Below are positions 1 through 12,600 of a stretch of 64,000 bases of DNA, piece after piece. A program made the position numbers and the translations under genes. Where the stretch lies: contig OZ365114.1 in assembly GCA_977030845.1 (NCBI GenBank), forward strand, positions 18,848,001 through 18,912,000. Reading direction: 5' to 3'. The notes beneath the pieces are model-generated. The model was not told the DNA's origin and made no database searches. It was given only the letters and a program-made list of their open reading frames with translations. Each line of letters opens with the position of its first letter. The stretch's first letter is position 1. Source of the stretch: Fimbriosthenelais zetlandica (Eukaryota).

Positions 1-94
1 TGAGTTATTCATTCATTTGGAACTATCTAAAATGTGAAATTTGTCCATAATCACCATAGTTTGGGACTTCATTTTTATGGGTTTTCTAACACAG

Positions 95-2828
95 ATACCT
101 CAACAGTGTCATTCACGCCAACTGCATTTCACAAAAGGTCATCAGAAAGAATGACGACTAAAGAATCTGATGATTACCTCAAATTGGGAATCAAGACGAC
201 CGAAACCAATTTTAAGGTAAGTCTGTCATCAGTATCTTCTAACTTATGAAAATCTTCTAAGGCATTGTTGTACAATGACCTACTATAGTAAGCTAGTTGA
301 GTTATTGTGATGCAGATCTTGAAACACTGAGTACATCCGGTTTTCAGGATCGTGTAAGGGTGGACCTAGCAGTGTCTGGGAAGTTGGACACCTTGTGGAA
401 AACTTACAAGCAGACAGAGATAAACGTATTGTGGCGTTACTATATGAGCCTTCAAGGCGTGATAAGGGTATATCCCGGCACAGATGCCTTGCCCTGGACC
501 AATAACCCACCATGGTAGGTGCACAAGAGAAAACACGAAAGCAAATTTATAATTGTTTGGACGTTTTGGATCAAGTTTCTAATTTGATTGTTATTTTCAA
601 AGGTACACAGAGGCTGTATCTCGACCTGGTATAGTGACTCTAACGAACGGAGGGGGCACAGAACATGCAGTAAATCTAATAATATCTAGCGTTGTTTATG
701 ATAACAGGTGAGCTGTTTCACAGTGTTCCAAATGCACATCTAGAGGTTTCAGTTCTGGTTCATGGCGTTTAGAACATCCCATTTCTTTGATAGGCTTAAA
801 CACTTTTATGATTTCTCTGCAGAGAAGATTTTATCCACCCTGTTGAGGGAGCTGCTGTTGTTGGGGTTTATGCCGGTGAACTGAGATCTGACCCTCCCCT
901 ACAGACATACCTCTTTGACAGCTTGGAACATTGCAAGGACCAATCTAGAAGGTCAGTACTATGATACTACTCTATGTTAATGAAAACTAAGATCTCATTT
1001 CTGTGTAGGCCCCATTGCAAAGAGATGCCTTTATGTATTATTATCCTTACAGGTGTCTTCTCTTGGACAGAGGTGGTTATATCATTCTCCATCAACATCT
1101 GAGTTTAACTCCCAATAAAAACAACCATATCATAGCGATGGTAAGATGAAAATTCGAATTGCTGTGGCATAAGTTGAACCTTGTTTTAGACTAGCTACTT
1201 CTTTTGTTGTAAGCCAGTGATTGTTTTCTTGTTTTCATCATAATAGATGTTATTTTTTTATTTTTAGGAACCAGCGATTTCTAAATATCTCATCTATAAA
1301 AAGGCAATCATTCGACAAACATGCTTAGATGTTGTTCATTCTAGGGTAATATACAAGTGGAAGGTAAGACATAAAACGTCGACATATGTAATTAATTGGT
1401 ATCAGGATATAAAAAATGTAATTCTTGCATGTATACATAATTATATTACATTATCATTCATATTTATTGTTTTAGCTGAATATGATGAAGGATAGGGAAG
1501 ATTTTCAAGAAAATTTGGTTGAAATCGTCGCCGTGCCGGGGACCAATGTTTACCTTCTGAAGATCAACACGTCTATAAATGGTGCATCATCTTGTCAACC
1601 ATGCAAGGTATTGATACTAACAAAGATTATTATAGAGAGACATGATGGGGATATGCCCGATCAGTTATGAACAGTAGCTGGAATCATTGGCTCAACATTG
1701 GCTAATTTGGCTTTTGGATTTTTGTTTTCCATATTAAAGCCAAGAGAATCGGATGCATTGTGCCGATCAACGAATGCCACATTTTGTGAATGTCCATGCA
1801 TTACGAAGGTAGATCTCACCTGCACAAGACTACCGTCCCTGTAAGTATCATTTCCACGAACCCCCTAATCTTGACACACAATGTAACCTAGTTATCTGCT
1901 GTATGGGTTTTGAAAGCATGTTGGACTTATTCCCTTTGACCGGAACTGGTTCACCCCTCTTGACCTCCCTACAATCTCCATGTCCCTTTTCAGCTCCACT
2001 GTATCCACAGTTAGAATTTAAGTACTAAGTACTTCATGTTACATTTCAGAATTCTCAACATGGATTTGTGCCCTGTACAACAAAGAACACATCGATTAGA
2101 CACTTCCCATCATTTAGATTTGAATGAGCTCAACGCTTGCTTCCCACTAATTTATAAAGAGTAAGTGAATTTCCTGCCTGTTTTAGGTTATAAGACTATT
2201 ATTAAGAAAATATATAATTCGGTCACTCAAAACCCGAACTTCAAGGATTATGGTAATTTATGCAAGGATATACTGATATTGGGAGCAATATTTCTTTCTT
2301 AAATTCAGATCTGTGGTAAATGTGAGTACATCCTATGTGGAGTCGGGCACGCAACACGACGATAATACTGTACTAGTTGTTGTCTACACTATTGTGGCTG
2401 TCATATCGATTATAGCAAGTATCTTCTTCGTTCAGTGGTTCTTCCGAAACAAAACACAAATGAGAAAGAAAATCAGGAAATTCCAAAGCCACGATGGCTC
2501 AGAGTGGATTGTATCGTGGGAGAATGTGGACAATACCCAGTCAAATCCCGCAGTGCTATCCGGAGATGATGTCTTTGATTCTATATCTGAACTTTATCCC
2601 GATCAACTCAACAAATTAACAAAAAATGACAATCAATATGTGAGTCAAAGGCCTCGGGATAGTCAAAGAGCCAATAGAGATGGCAGTGTATCGAGTGAGT
2701 CTGTGCAAGGTCTGATAACTGAGGATAACTACACCGAGAAGAAGCCCAGAAATGACTCAGTTGACTCAACAGGTGAAGGCACTAGTCATGGAGTTAATTA
2801 CAGACCTTCATCAGTGTCAAAATTGTGA
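95..2828 (+). CDS. 3' part (10 exons) of a CACHD1/alpha2delta-like Cache-domain single-pass membrane protein, divergent; 5' end lies upstream of the window
   Basis: Phase-compatible GT-AG exons at 95-216, 297-514, 603-707, 823-951, 1053-1140, 1268-1363, 1476-1607, 1740-1840, 2050-2160 and 2309-2828 (TGA). The translation contains WRYYMSLQGVIRVYPG..NNPPWYTEAVSRPG, CLLLDRGGYIILHQH, VPGTNVYL and CECPC, in the same order as the corresponding CACHD1/alpha2delta motifs as I recall them. These are followed by a hydrophobic helix (VLVVVYTIVAVISIIASIFFVQWFF), a basic stretch (RNKTQMRKKIRK) and a cytoplasmic tail. The acceptor at 297 is weak. Confidence 0.8.
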
Positions 2829-4956
2829 TGGTCTGGTTCTGAACGGGCATCCTCCATAACACTTGTCCAACTGTTGCTTCTCGTGTAGCAAAGAGCCCTC
2901 TTGCGCAGTTACACCCTTTGGTTCCACTGGGAAACAACAGATGGCGGCACTGTAATACGTCTCCAGCAGCTGGAGTCCCACAAGGCCGTTCGCTGTGCCT
3001 TTGAGTTTTTCCTGCCATATCAGGCCAGTTCTTCTTGCTGGTGCTAGCTCTACTTCCCATAATAATAAAACCTGTTCGATTGAAAAAAACAAGAAATCAC
3101 TGCTTAGTCAGTGAGATAATAACATCCTTTCAACCATGCTGCTCTAAATTAATGAGTTGTTAGATATCCTGACCTCCCACCAAACAGGAATGAGTTGCAC
3201 AAAAAGGGATCAGAGAGAAATGATTCCTAAACCCCATATGAAATGCCTTTATCTCTGTAACAAATTACAGATTTCACACTGCTGACTGAAAGCTATTCCC
3301 TTGTGGAAGCGCGGGAAAAGAACAAGAGGGAATCACAATGGTTCAATGGCAAGTCTGTCATTTAGGTGTACGAGTGACAGACGTTCCCGACACGATGTAA
3401 CAATAGAGTCAGTTTTTGCATGTGGTGTCCCGTGACGAAACATAAACGCAGCTTCCACCACGCAGTGTAAATGATACATCTGCCTCCTGACTTCCCAAAA
3501 GACAAGTCACTCCCCATTGAAAATCTATTTAAAGATGTAAAGATTGCTTGAAATGTAAAATTGGAGTTAAACAACCGCAGATTAGACTCATTAACAATCT
3601 GTTGAAAGTGTGGAAGTGTTATATGAGTAGATTTAAGGTAGAATGTTGTACCTTCCTCATGGAATGAGGAAGGGTCATGTTCTGGTAGATGTTTAATGAA
3701 TTATTATTGAAGAGGTGAGGGCTGTTTAATGCTTGCTGTAATTAAATCTGTTTTGGGACAGTTGTCCTTCATCTCGGTTAACTGGACGTGAACCTTATGG
3801 CCCGTTCAAAGGTAATTGAGCCTCATATAGGGGCCATGTGAGCCCTAGCAATGTGAGGTATACCATGCCCGGTTAATCAGCAGCCCTGCTGCCACACGCC
3901 TCTCTCCATGCTGCTCTTAGGTAACCATTTACGCTACCCTCTACAGGAGGGGATTTGGATAAATAAAAGCAAAATGAGGACACTTTCTGCTTCCTGTTCA
4001 AATCCTGATATCATCCAAATTTACAACCGTCCTTCCCATGCAGCATACTCGAATATAAGGCGAAAAACATTTGAATAGGATGTAGCTGGGGTCCAGTGTC
4101 CCATTGATGACCTAACCTCTAGCTGAACTTTGCAATCATAATGATGCACACTAAACTATATGTAGTTGAAAAATACAACCCAACACCCCTATAGCTTCAG
4201 TATAGTTAATGGCACCATACACAGTTTACATACTACATTGTATATCGCAAATCTATCAATACAGGGCCAAGAAAAAAGCATAATTGGTCTAATTGATTTT
4301 TCCAAATTCTACCTGGATTTGTGACGTAGGCTATAGTTGACCCAAGTCTTCACTCTTTCTTCTGTCCTCCCCAATACCCACCCACCCATTCCCATAAAAG
4401 TTTTTCTCATCAGAAGAAACCCTTGAGAGAGAATTTTGTGTATAAATTTGCCTTTGATATCAGACTGTTTATCAGCCGTGATTGCAGGAATACTACTATC
4501 AGTGAACTAGCGACCACCCTGATGTACTAAACATGCCTATCATATCATCACACCTGTCTAAACCATTCCAGGTAGATAGGTACTGCTTTCACCTACTACA
4601 GACGAGTACTACACCACCCAGGGAGGTCTCTCCATGACCTCCCCTATCATGCATGATACACGCTACAAGTATATGATATATATTAACTATATAGACCAAT
4701 ATGATATCTGTTTTTTTAACAATCTTTGGGTAGTTATGCCTTTGTAGGTTCTAATAGAGAACCCAAATTTATTCTTCGGGATGTTTCATCATATATACCC
4801 GAGATGTTCACCTGAGATTTCATGGTATGCGCATGGATTGATGGTGTATAGGACCACCCAGGTACATGGACTGACAAGTATACCACACCTCCACAGTATG
4901 GTGGGTGGATCACCTGGAGTGACCAGTGGTCACCTGTCCACCACTCACATAGCAAG

Positions 4957-4982
4957 TGGTCATTACAGGTCAAGGCAGGTCA
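4957..4982 (+). promoter_or_regulatory. Tandem DR4 nuclear-receptor element
   Basis: TGGTCA-ttac-AGGTCA-aggc-AGGTCA; the last two half-sites form a perfect DR4. Sequence match only. Confidence 0.45.
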
Positions 4983-6049
4983 TCCTGGCTGAGCCCTACT
5001 TTCAATTACCTCCTTATACACTCATCATACCTGGCTGGATATTGACACCTGACCCTGTATAGTAGGGGGCAGAAATGACCATTAGATGACCGGTCCATTG
5101 TAGGGGTCAGCTGCCCAGTTGACCTGATCATCACGCGGTAATAATAGACGATCTGCTGCATTGCATGGGAGGATGCATCGGGATGCTGATTTTGGGCCAC
5201 CGTACCTCCAGCAGTAACACTAGTCAGTACGTTTGTATTAGGCCTAATGCAATACAAATAGTGTTTATCATAGACTTTTATATTATACTTCTTACATAAA
5301 CTTAGCCTAAAGGACTATAGGGCTAAAATTGTATCTATGTAGTCAGTATCTAGCTACTTTTAGGACTTTAATCATTTTATCATCTCTTTAGTTTAGAGGT
5401 TGCATTCTAATCACCTCCAAACTAAATTTGTACTTTCATATCTATTTTTAATTGTACATCATTCATATATTGCATTGAAGCCATAAATAGTCCACTTTTT
5501 GAGTATTCAGATTCCCCTTAGAACATTAAGCATCAACATTACGGTGCCTGCAGTGATTGAAACACTATCTGACACCCTGGATGTAGCCATATATCTCCCT
5601 CTATATAAGTATCCCATTAGTGGAGGCCCCTTGTCTGCCATGGATTTTATTTATTATTTTTTCACCCCCCTTGCTAATCTAACTCTCCAAGTAGCTGGTG
5701 TTTTAGATGCCAACATAATAAAGTACCCAGTAGTCCCAGTGATACCACCATGCTATAATATGTACCCAAGTTCAGTGGTGAGTCTATGTGCTGGCATGCC
5801 CATTCACACCCTCATCCAGGTCTACGGGGTTATCTACCAGTGGGGCACATTACTCGCAAAAAGGTAACCGTTAAATAAAAGTAGGCCCAGTACTTGTTTG
5901 GGATATTCTATAATTTATCGATGTGGTTCTGGACACCTCTTTGGAATTAATTTCCTTCTGAACAGCAGCAATCATCTACCGGGGAACATTGACTCCAAAA
6001 TGATATATTTTATGAAATAATGTTATTTAGAACATGGACCCCTCTGCAG

Positions 6050-6290
6050 CTAGCCCTCCGTTGCCCCCACCCTCTAACTGGCGGCCCTATGCCGCAGGCG
6101 GGCGGGTAGACCACGGGCGCCCCGCGCTCACGTTCCCAGGCCCCGTGCACGGCCGCCGCTCCTACACGGGCCGCGCGACCCGCCAACTGTGGGAAAGTGG
6201 CGACCTCTTGACCTTGCTGATTGATGACGCCGCTAGGGGTCGCGGGTGATGGGCACCAGGCGCGGATATACGGCGGAAGATTGAGTGTGA
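6050..6290. promoter_or_regulatory. CpG-rich island with a CSL site and a CTCF-like motif
   Basis: Strongly GC-rich patch in AT-rich flanks. TGTGGGAA at 6188-6195 and CCGCTAGGGGTCGC at 6230-6243. Confidence 0.4.
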
Positions 6291-7719
6291 AGGGCACGAG
6301 CTGTGAGGAGGAGGAGGCAAGGGTTTATGGGCTGAAAGAGGAGAAGCAAGGAACTACATTCATTTTTCGCAGTATCGTATTTTGCATTAGGTCTATATGA
6401 TCTAATATATTGCATAATGTAAAGGGGTCATTGCCCCAAAGTTTAGCGGCGACTGGTGGACCGTGGAGGGCCCTGATTTGAACATTGAACATGTTTATTG
6501 TAGCGGAATTTACTCCAGTAGGCTTAACTTCTGTTTCTGGCTTACAAGATTAACTTATCCAGCTGTCATTCATAACAGTTTTGGACTACCTTTGGCTTCA
6601 AAAGAAGATAGAGTTTGACATTGTAACTTTACTAGTAGGCCTATTATGTGCGTTGTTGAGTCTTTTAAAACTTTTAAAACAATATAATAACAATACCTCC
6701 TAGAATTAGTCATTTGGCATCCTCGTGACGCGCATGTCGAGTCTATGTGTTCCTCACTAGGTCAAGGTCACTCCTGGAGGAAGTTGGCTCGCCGGGGGTT
6801 CTGGGAAATATATATACCCAAGTCAGACAAGTCACAAATCATTACTCCATGAAATAACTGTCTGTACACCTCTGAGCCTAGAGCCAGAGATTGCAAGAGT
6901 AGAGGATAACATTTAGGGCTGTCATCCTTTTGTATAGGCGTTGAATCATCAATGCATTTCTTATGGTGACCAGTTTCCGTTAGCCTCGAGCATGTAACTT
7001 TTTCGTATGTAGCTAAATCTATGGCCACTAGACTTTTTTATATGATGATAAAATATGAGAGAAGCAGTCTGATTCCAGGTTGGTGTAATCTTTAATGCCA
7101 ATGCATTTCGGCCAGGTGTTGCTGTGGCCTTCATCAGGGCAATAATTTTGTATACCATGAGTGCAGTATGATATAGATTAGGCCCTATTGATTGTTGACT
7201 TGATTGAGATTTCCTATGGATCTACCGTACAGTTATGACCATACATGATTGGTCACCCTGTCAGGAGTCAGTCTGACATATGGAGGCACGTGTTCTGCCC
7301 TGTCTATCTTTGTTTCTCTTTGCTGCATGAACAGTATGTCTGGGCTACACCAGTTAAGCTAAGGTTACCTTCCCACGACCAGAACATCCTTCCTTCTTGG
7401 GAGTGTTTACTTTGCTTGTTATTGTCAACTCATTCTCAAAATATAAACAAACTAATTTGCTGCTGGAAATGTTAATGGTAATGTAGTTATACAACAGGGG
7501 GATAATTCTCTATGTGTTAGTCACTATCACATACCCATAATAGAATTATAATGCCCTGACACTTCAACTAAGACATCACATAAAGCGGTTCCCTTATTAT
7601 ATACCAGTCACCTGTTAGCTAGTCAGTATTTTACAACCGACAACTTCTCAAGTTGTTGACTTTGCAACACGCGGCGATAAATTACATAAAAAACAGAAGA
7701 CCAGAGAGGGAAAGGAGAT

Positions 7720-7960
7720 CTGAAACGAGGCGTTACGCAGCGCAGTGGCTGCTGGGTAGACACGCGCATGCGCGCCAGTTCCCTGTTTGGTCACGTGTTT
7801 GGCGGACGTCCGGGAGGCTGGCAGCGCATGCGCACTCGTCATGTGTGTAAAACTATGCAGGCTGGAGAAAGATGGGAGATGATGGGGGAAAATAAAAACA
7901 TTGATGATTTGTCGACAGATGAAGTGTAGGCAATGGACAAGGCGCATGCGCAACAAGTTG
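7720..7960. promoter_or_regulatory. Promoter/enhancer-like island with three NRF1/P3A2-type palindromes
   Basis: GCGCATGCGC at 7764, 7824 and 7942; E-box GTCACGTG near 7790. Confidence 0.55.
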
Positions 7961-9600
7961 TTCCGGCATAGCAGGTGGGCTTTGCGGGAGGTATTAATGT
8001 TTAGTAAATGAGGAGGTTACGAGATATCTCCAACAACAGTCTTATGGGGACTTTCTTTTGAACACTTTTTGCTCTATTCCTCTACATTTTTCTAATGATT
8101 TTATTTACACATCTGAAGTTATATATATATGTATGATAAGATGTTTGCATTTTCCTGTCTGTATTATTCTTTGAAACATCTTGAATGCATTCAATCAAAG
8201 CAAAATTGTTCAGTCAATAGAAGTCCTATTTAGAGACTTCAATCTGTGTCATGCTGTCTGGCTGCCGTCACCACGATGGGATACAATACCATGTAATAGC
8301 CCCCTTGTCTTAGGTACTTGCTGTTTCTGGAATTAAAAGTTAAGGGTCACACACCAGGGGAGTTTAAACACCGCAGGTATCCATGAACTTTCCCCTTACC
8401 CGGCGCCTGGTATTACTAAATTTCTCAATTGAAAAAAGGTGTCCGAAATATCTATGAATCAAAAGACAAGGAGATGTGAGAATATGATATATACATTATA
8501 TTGTATGACTGTCATATTTGGATAGTGTACATGTTATCCAATCTCGAATGGTAAATTTCAACGCTACCAAACGTTACCTCATAGTTTCCTGAAGCCATTT
8601 ATCAACATTTAAAATCAATATAAAGTGCCAGTAGAGAAATCTCTCTGTGATCTAAGATTCAGTCCAGGTATGTAGAGATTCTGACATCCTATTTCTGGTG
8701 TGATTTATGAGTTATATGATGTGAAATTCACATGAGGAAATGTCAAATAAAACACCATTATGACCTTCGCTAGTACACAGGGGACCCCTCAATATTGCAA
8801 GTCCAGGTCTAACTGAAAGCATGTGTGTTCATATGGAGCCGTGGGAATGTGCCTCTCGATGATGTGCTCCTATCCTTCCTCCTCCACTTTATCTTGCTTC
8901 CATCCCTTGAAGCATGTAGCATACTCGATACTAGAAGTCTAGAACCTATGAGAACAGACATTCCCGGCTAAGTGAGCAATGTAAATAGAGGCTCAAAATG
9001 TAGAAACAAATCACTCGTCAAATATTTTTCATTTTTTTATCAAAAGTTTCATAACATGTATGCCTCAGTATGGGTCATCCTGAAGGATGCTTTTTTTGCC
9101 AAAGAATATTTAGCGAGGCGATAATACTATTGTGATAAGAGAAAATCGGTCATAATCTAAAATCTTAACACATGTTATGGTAATTTCTGGTCAGGTTTTT
9201 GATCCTTTAAGTTGTCATTACTGGGATCAACTCTATCTAAAACGGTACAATTAGCGACCAATGGCCTCTAATCCTTGACAAAGTGTCGCCGATAAGTCAG
9301 ATTGTAAGTTAAACCCCTGCACGAGCCTTTCTGCTCAACCTGGCGCGACTTATACAGGTGGATTTTTCAATAATTTCCTGTGATTTCTGGTGATGGTAAC
9401 GACCATATTAAGTCACATTAGAATGACTTAGGGAAACCTGCTTTAATAAGTCTTTCACGCCTTCTTTGAAGCAATGCCCTGCAAGAAACTTGTAGGTGAT
9501 CACAAATAAACTGAGCTAACAATGGCGTTCATGTTACAAAGTAGACGCTCCTACATGGATTAGGGGAACCAGCATTCAACTTGTAACCACTTCTTGGATC

Positions 9601-9665
9601 GAGAAAGAGAGAGAGAGGGAGAGGCGGGGGGGGGGGGGCTGAGAGAGAGTGTGAGGGTGGGGTAT
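9601..9665. repeat. (GA)n / poly-G low-complexity tract
   Basis: gagaaagagagagagagggagaggc followed by a long G run and gagagagagtgtgagggtgggg. Confidence 0.75.
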
Positions 9666-12600
9666 TATTGGGGGTGACTATACCTTTGTAGAGATGTGTG
9701 TGGCTCACAAGTTTTGCAGAAGCCTGTCTTCGGGAAGACGCAACACACGTGCTTTCAATATAACATGCCACACATTCAGAAAGAGATTTCAAAGGGAAGA
9801 AAATAGCACTTCAAGCAGACACAAATAAAAAGGGAAATATGTACTTTTCACTAGGTTTCAAAACCTATCAACTTTCTATGTGACTTGAAAGTTGTTTCTT
9901 TGACTTTTGAACAGTGTCTTTGTTTTGGTGTAGATTTATTGTTTAGGGCGTGGGTCTTGTGTTTAGGAGTCATGTGAAATAAGCATATGTATACAGAGGG
10001 GAATCGATTTTTATATTCTCCGGAATTTTGCAGAGTAAGCAGTTCAACCTTTGAATGGAATGAGACAGACCTGTCCCCAAAAGTTATCTGTATTCAAATA
10101 AGGAGAGTGTGGGAAAAAATAGAAACTGAATGTCGCCATGTACATGCAGGCAGTCTTCAAAGGGGTGGTGAAATTTCTTATGCATGGGAAGACGTGGTCC
10201 CATCTTTGCACCCGTGTCCATTTACTCATTGCTGTAAATGTACAAGTTTTATGTTAATCCCGGTCTTTATTTGTGGTAAGGAGAGCTGGTAGGATTAGGC
10301 ATCCAGTTTTAGGATAGCAGTGCACGGGGATTAGCAAGATACCAGCGTGACTGGTGTTTTAAACGGGTGGGCTTTGGGTTTAAGTCTATATGTTGCAACT
10401 AGATGCGAGTAGCCCCTCAAGTGGATGTGCTACATGGCTAGATCCTTTATGCCAACCCGCAGAGATATATATGGTAGCCTACTGGTGTGCGTGTGAAGGG
10501 GTTTGTGCCCCTCAGAATGTTGAAGAGGTATATAAATGTGCTATATGCATGGAATATCCAATACATAGTGTTAATAAATTAATGACTGAAGAGATAGTGA
10601 TTTAACGCCATGCCAGCTACAGTGTTATATTTATATATTTAAAGGAACGTGATTTCTTTCTATATGGTGGAAATCTCAATTCTATATTTGCTACTGGCAG
10701 ATATGCAGCCCTGGTTATTGGGTGGGGCCAACACGGGTGTTATGTTCTCTGGCGATATATGATTCTGCACTGAAGCAACCTAAACAAATTAGAGACATGG
10801 GCCATCTCCTGGTGCATACCAACACTGGTCCCAGCAAGGATACAAGGCCTGCTGTAGGAGATAGATGGTGGATACCTGTACACATACAGCTCTAGGCTAA
10901 TGTGGACACAAGTTATTATCTTTCTCTCCTGATCTCCTACTGTGTATACATACAAATGTCATGATGCACTCCTCCACGTGAAGTCTTGCTTATCAAGGAA
11001 GTTATGGTTCGCAAAACAAGGGAATGACTTGCATATAGCAGAGTACAAAATATTAAATACGGTTACTACGATGACTGGCACATTGATACACATTTACAAA
11101 ATGAAAAGTTGACATCAATGTTAAGTTATGACATGATGAGCCAAATGTTAGCCTCTTGTGCACTGATTGATAGCTACTCTTGATGTATAGCAAACGAGGA
11201 CAAAAACGTCAAACTATATAAGTATATTATTAATCATTGGGGAAAACATATTGAAGTTAAACTGAAAGATTGCGACCATTAAACCTGGGCAGGGCACACC
11301 ATAAGTGAGAGTGGGGAGTGAATCTCCTGGCCTTGCTAAAAGTATCAGGAAAGGTCCCAAATGATCGTATTACAGTATATTTGTCCGAGAGTCTGTCCTC
11401 ACAAAGAACAGAGCGGATGCTGAAATAGCACAGAGGAACTGAGGGATTTGCACACTTTGAAAGATATAGTCATAGAGATGTGAGTCTGTGACAGAGAGTC
11501 AGTCTACCGTGGGAAGGCAAGTTGTCGCTTGAAAAGAAGTATGTAAAAAGTTATGGTAACTGCTGCAAGTGCAACAGTCTTGCGACAACCCCGAAAAACA
11601 GTTATGGGCACAACTTGTAGTCTCAGATTCTGGCTCAGCTTAGAGTAAAATTACAGTTAAATTATGTATGGACAGATGTTTTTTTGAATCACATTGTCCA
11701 TGCATGCGTGTCAGTGCATTATGACTTTCTTTCAGTTGTGCAAAAATGCGGTATTAAAATATAATCTCTAACTTCAAAATAAGTGGGAAAGTACAGATGA
11801 TGCTTGGACGAGTTTCAAATTAACAGTCTTTGCCATCGAGGAGATCAAAGACTAACAGAAACATCTGCTCAAACGGGAATCATGAAAAGCCATTAAATGA
11901 CATAAGTGTTTAGTGCTATATGGTTACATGGGTTTGTTTACATGATGATCCCACTGAAGCCTGGATAACACGCGTCCTCAGGATGCATCACCCACAAATG
12001 TTATCTCAGGTGATAGCCAACCAACTTGTCTTCTTCACTTCGTAATGTTCTGTTAATCTCCAATAAATAACCTACAAAACACATGGCAAACGCATGAGAA
12101 AACGTGGTTGACTGGTTTAGACATTTTGGAGGGGGTAAAACCTTGTGTTGGGTTAGGATGGCATGAAGAAGCCAAACAAATGAGCATGGGAAGCGTCCCT
12201 TGCACGTCTGCTACAAGATTCTTAATGTTTTACTATGGAAACAGAACAAACGTCGCGGACTGACAGCGGCATGCACACTGACGACAATTCCCAGATGGCA
12301 CAGAGACATGGGAAATTGGCGCCGAAATAGTGAAAAACTTACGCAACTTCCTGCGAAGGTTTTCACAATTTTGGCCAGACTGGGGAGTAAGGACATGGGA
12401 AATGTGGGAGAGAGGGCAAACTAAACGATGTAGTTGTAGATTTATTTAAACAATAGGTACAGATGGGATGGCAGGCTGCACTGGTTGTTGTATTGTCTCG
12501 TGATGGGATGTTGATTAAACCTTGGTGCCTTTAGGGACTGGTGGAATTCATCCACGTACGACTGTATAACCATGGAGTACTTGGTGCCCTTTATCTTGAA

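Noticed and set aside
5499-5867. 122-aa ORF, and neighbouring ORFs at 4734-5257
   Set aside because: Non-ATG start, no recognisable motif and no splice context. It may be decayed repeat DNA, but no family can be supported.
6010-6297. Overlapping ORFs on both strands in the GC-rich island
   Set aside because: Explained by stop-codon scarcity in GC-rich DNA; low-complexity Pro/Arg/Gly translations.
8341-9210. Possible TTAA-bounded DNA transposon (GGGTCACACACC versus AGGATCAAAAACC ends)
   Set aside because: The terminal similarity is too weak to distinguish from chance without a copy-number search.
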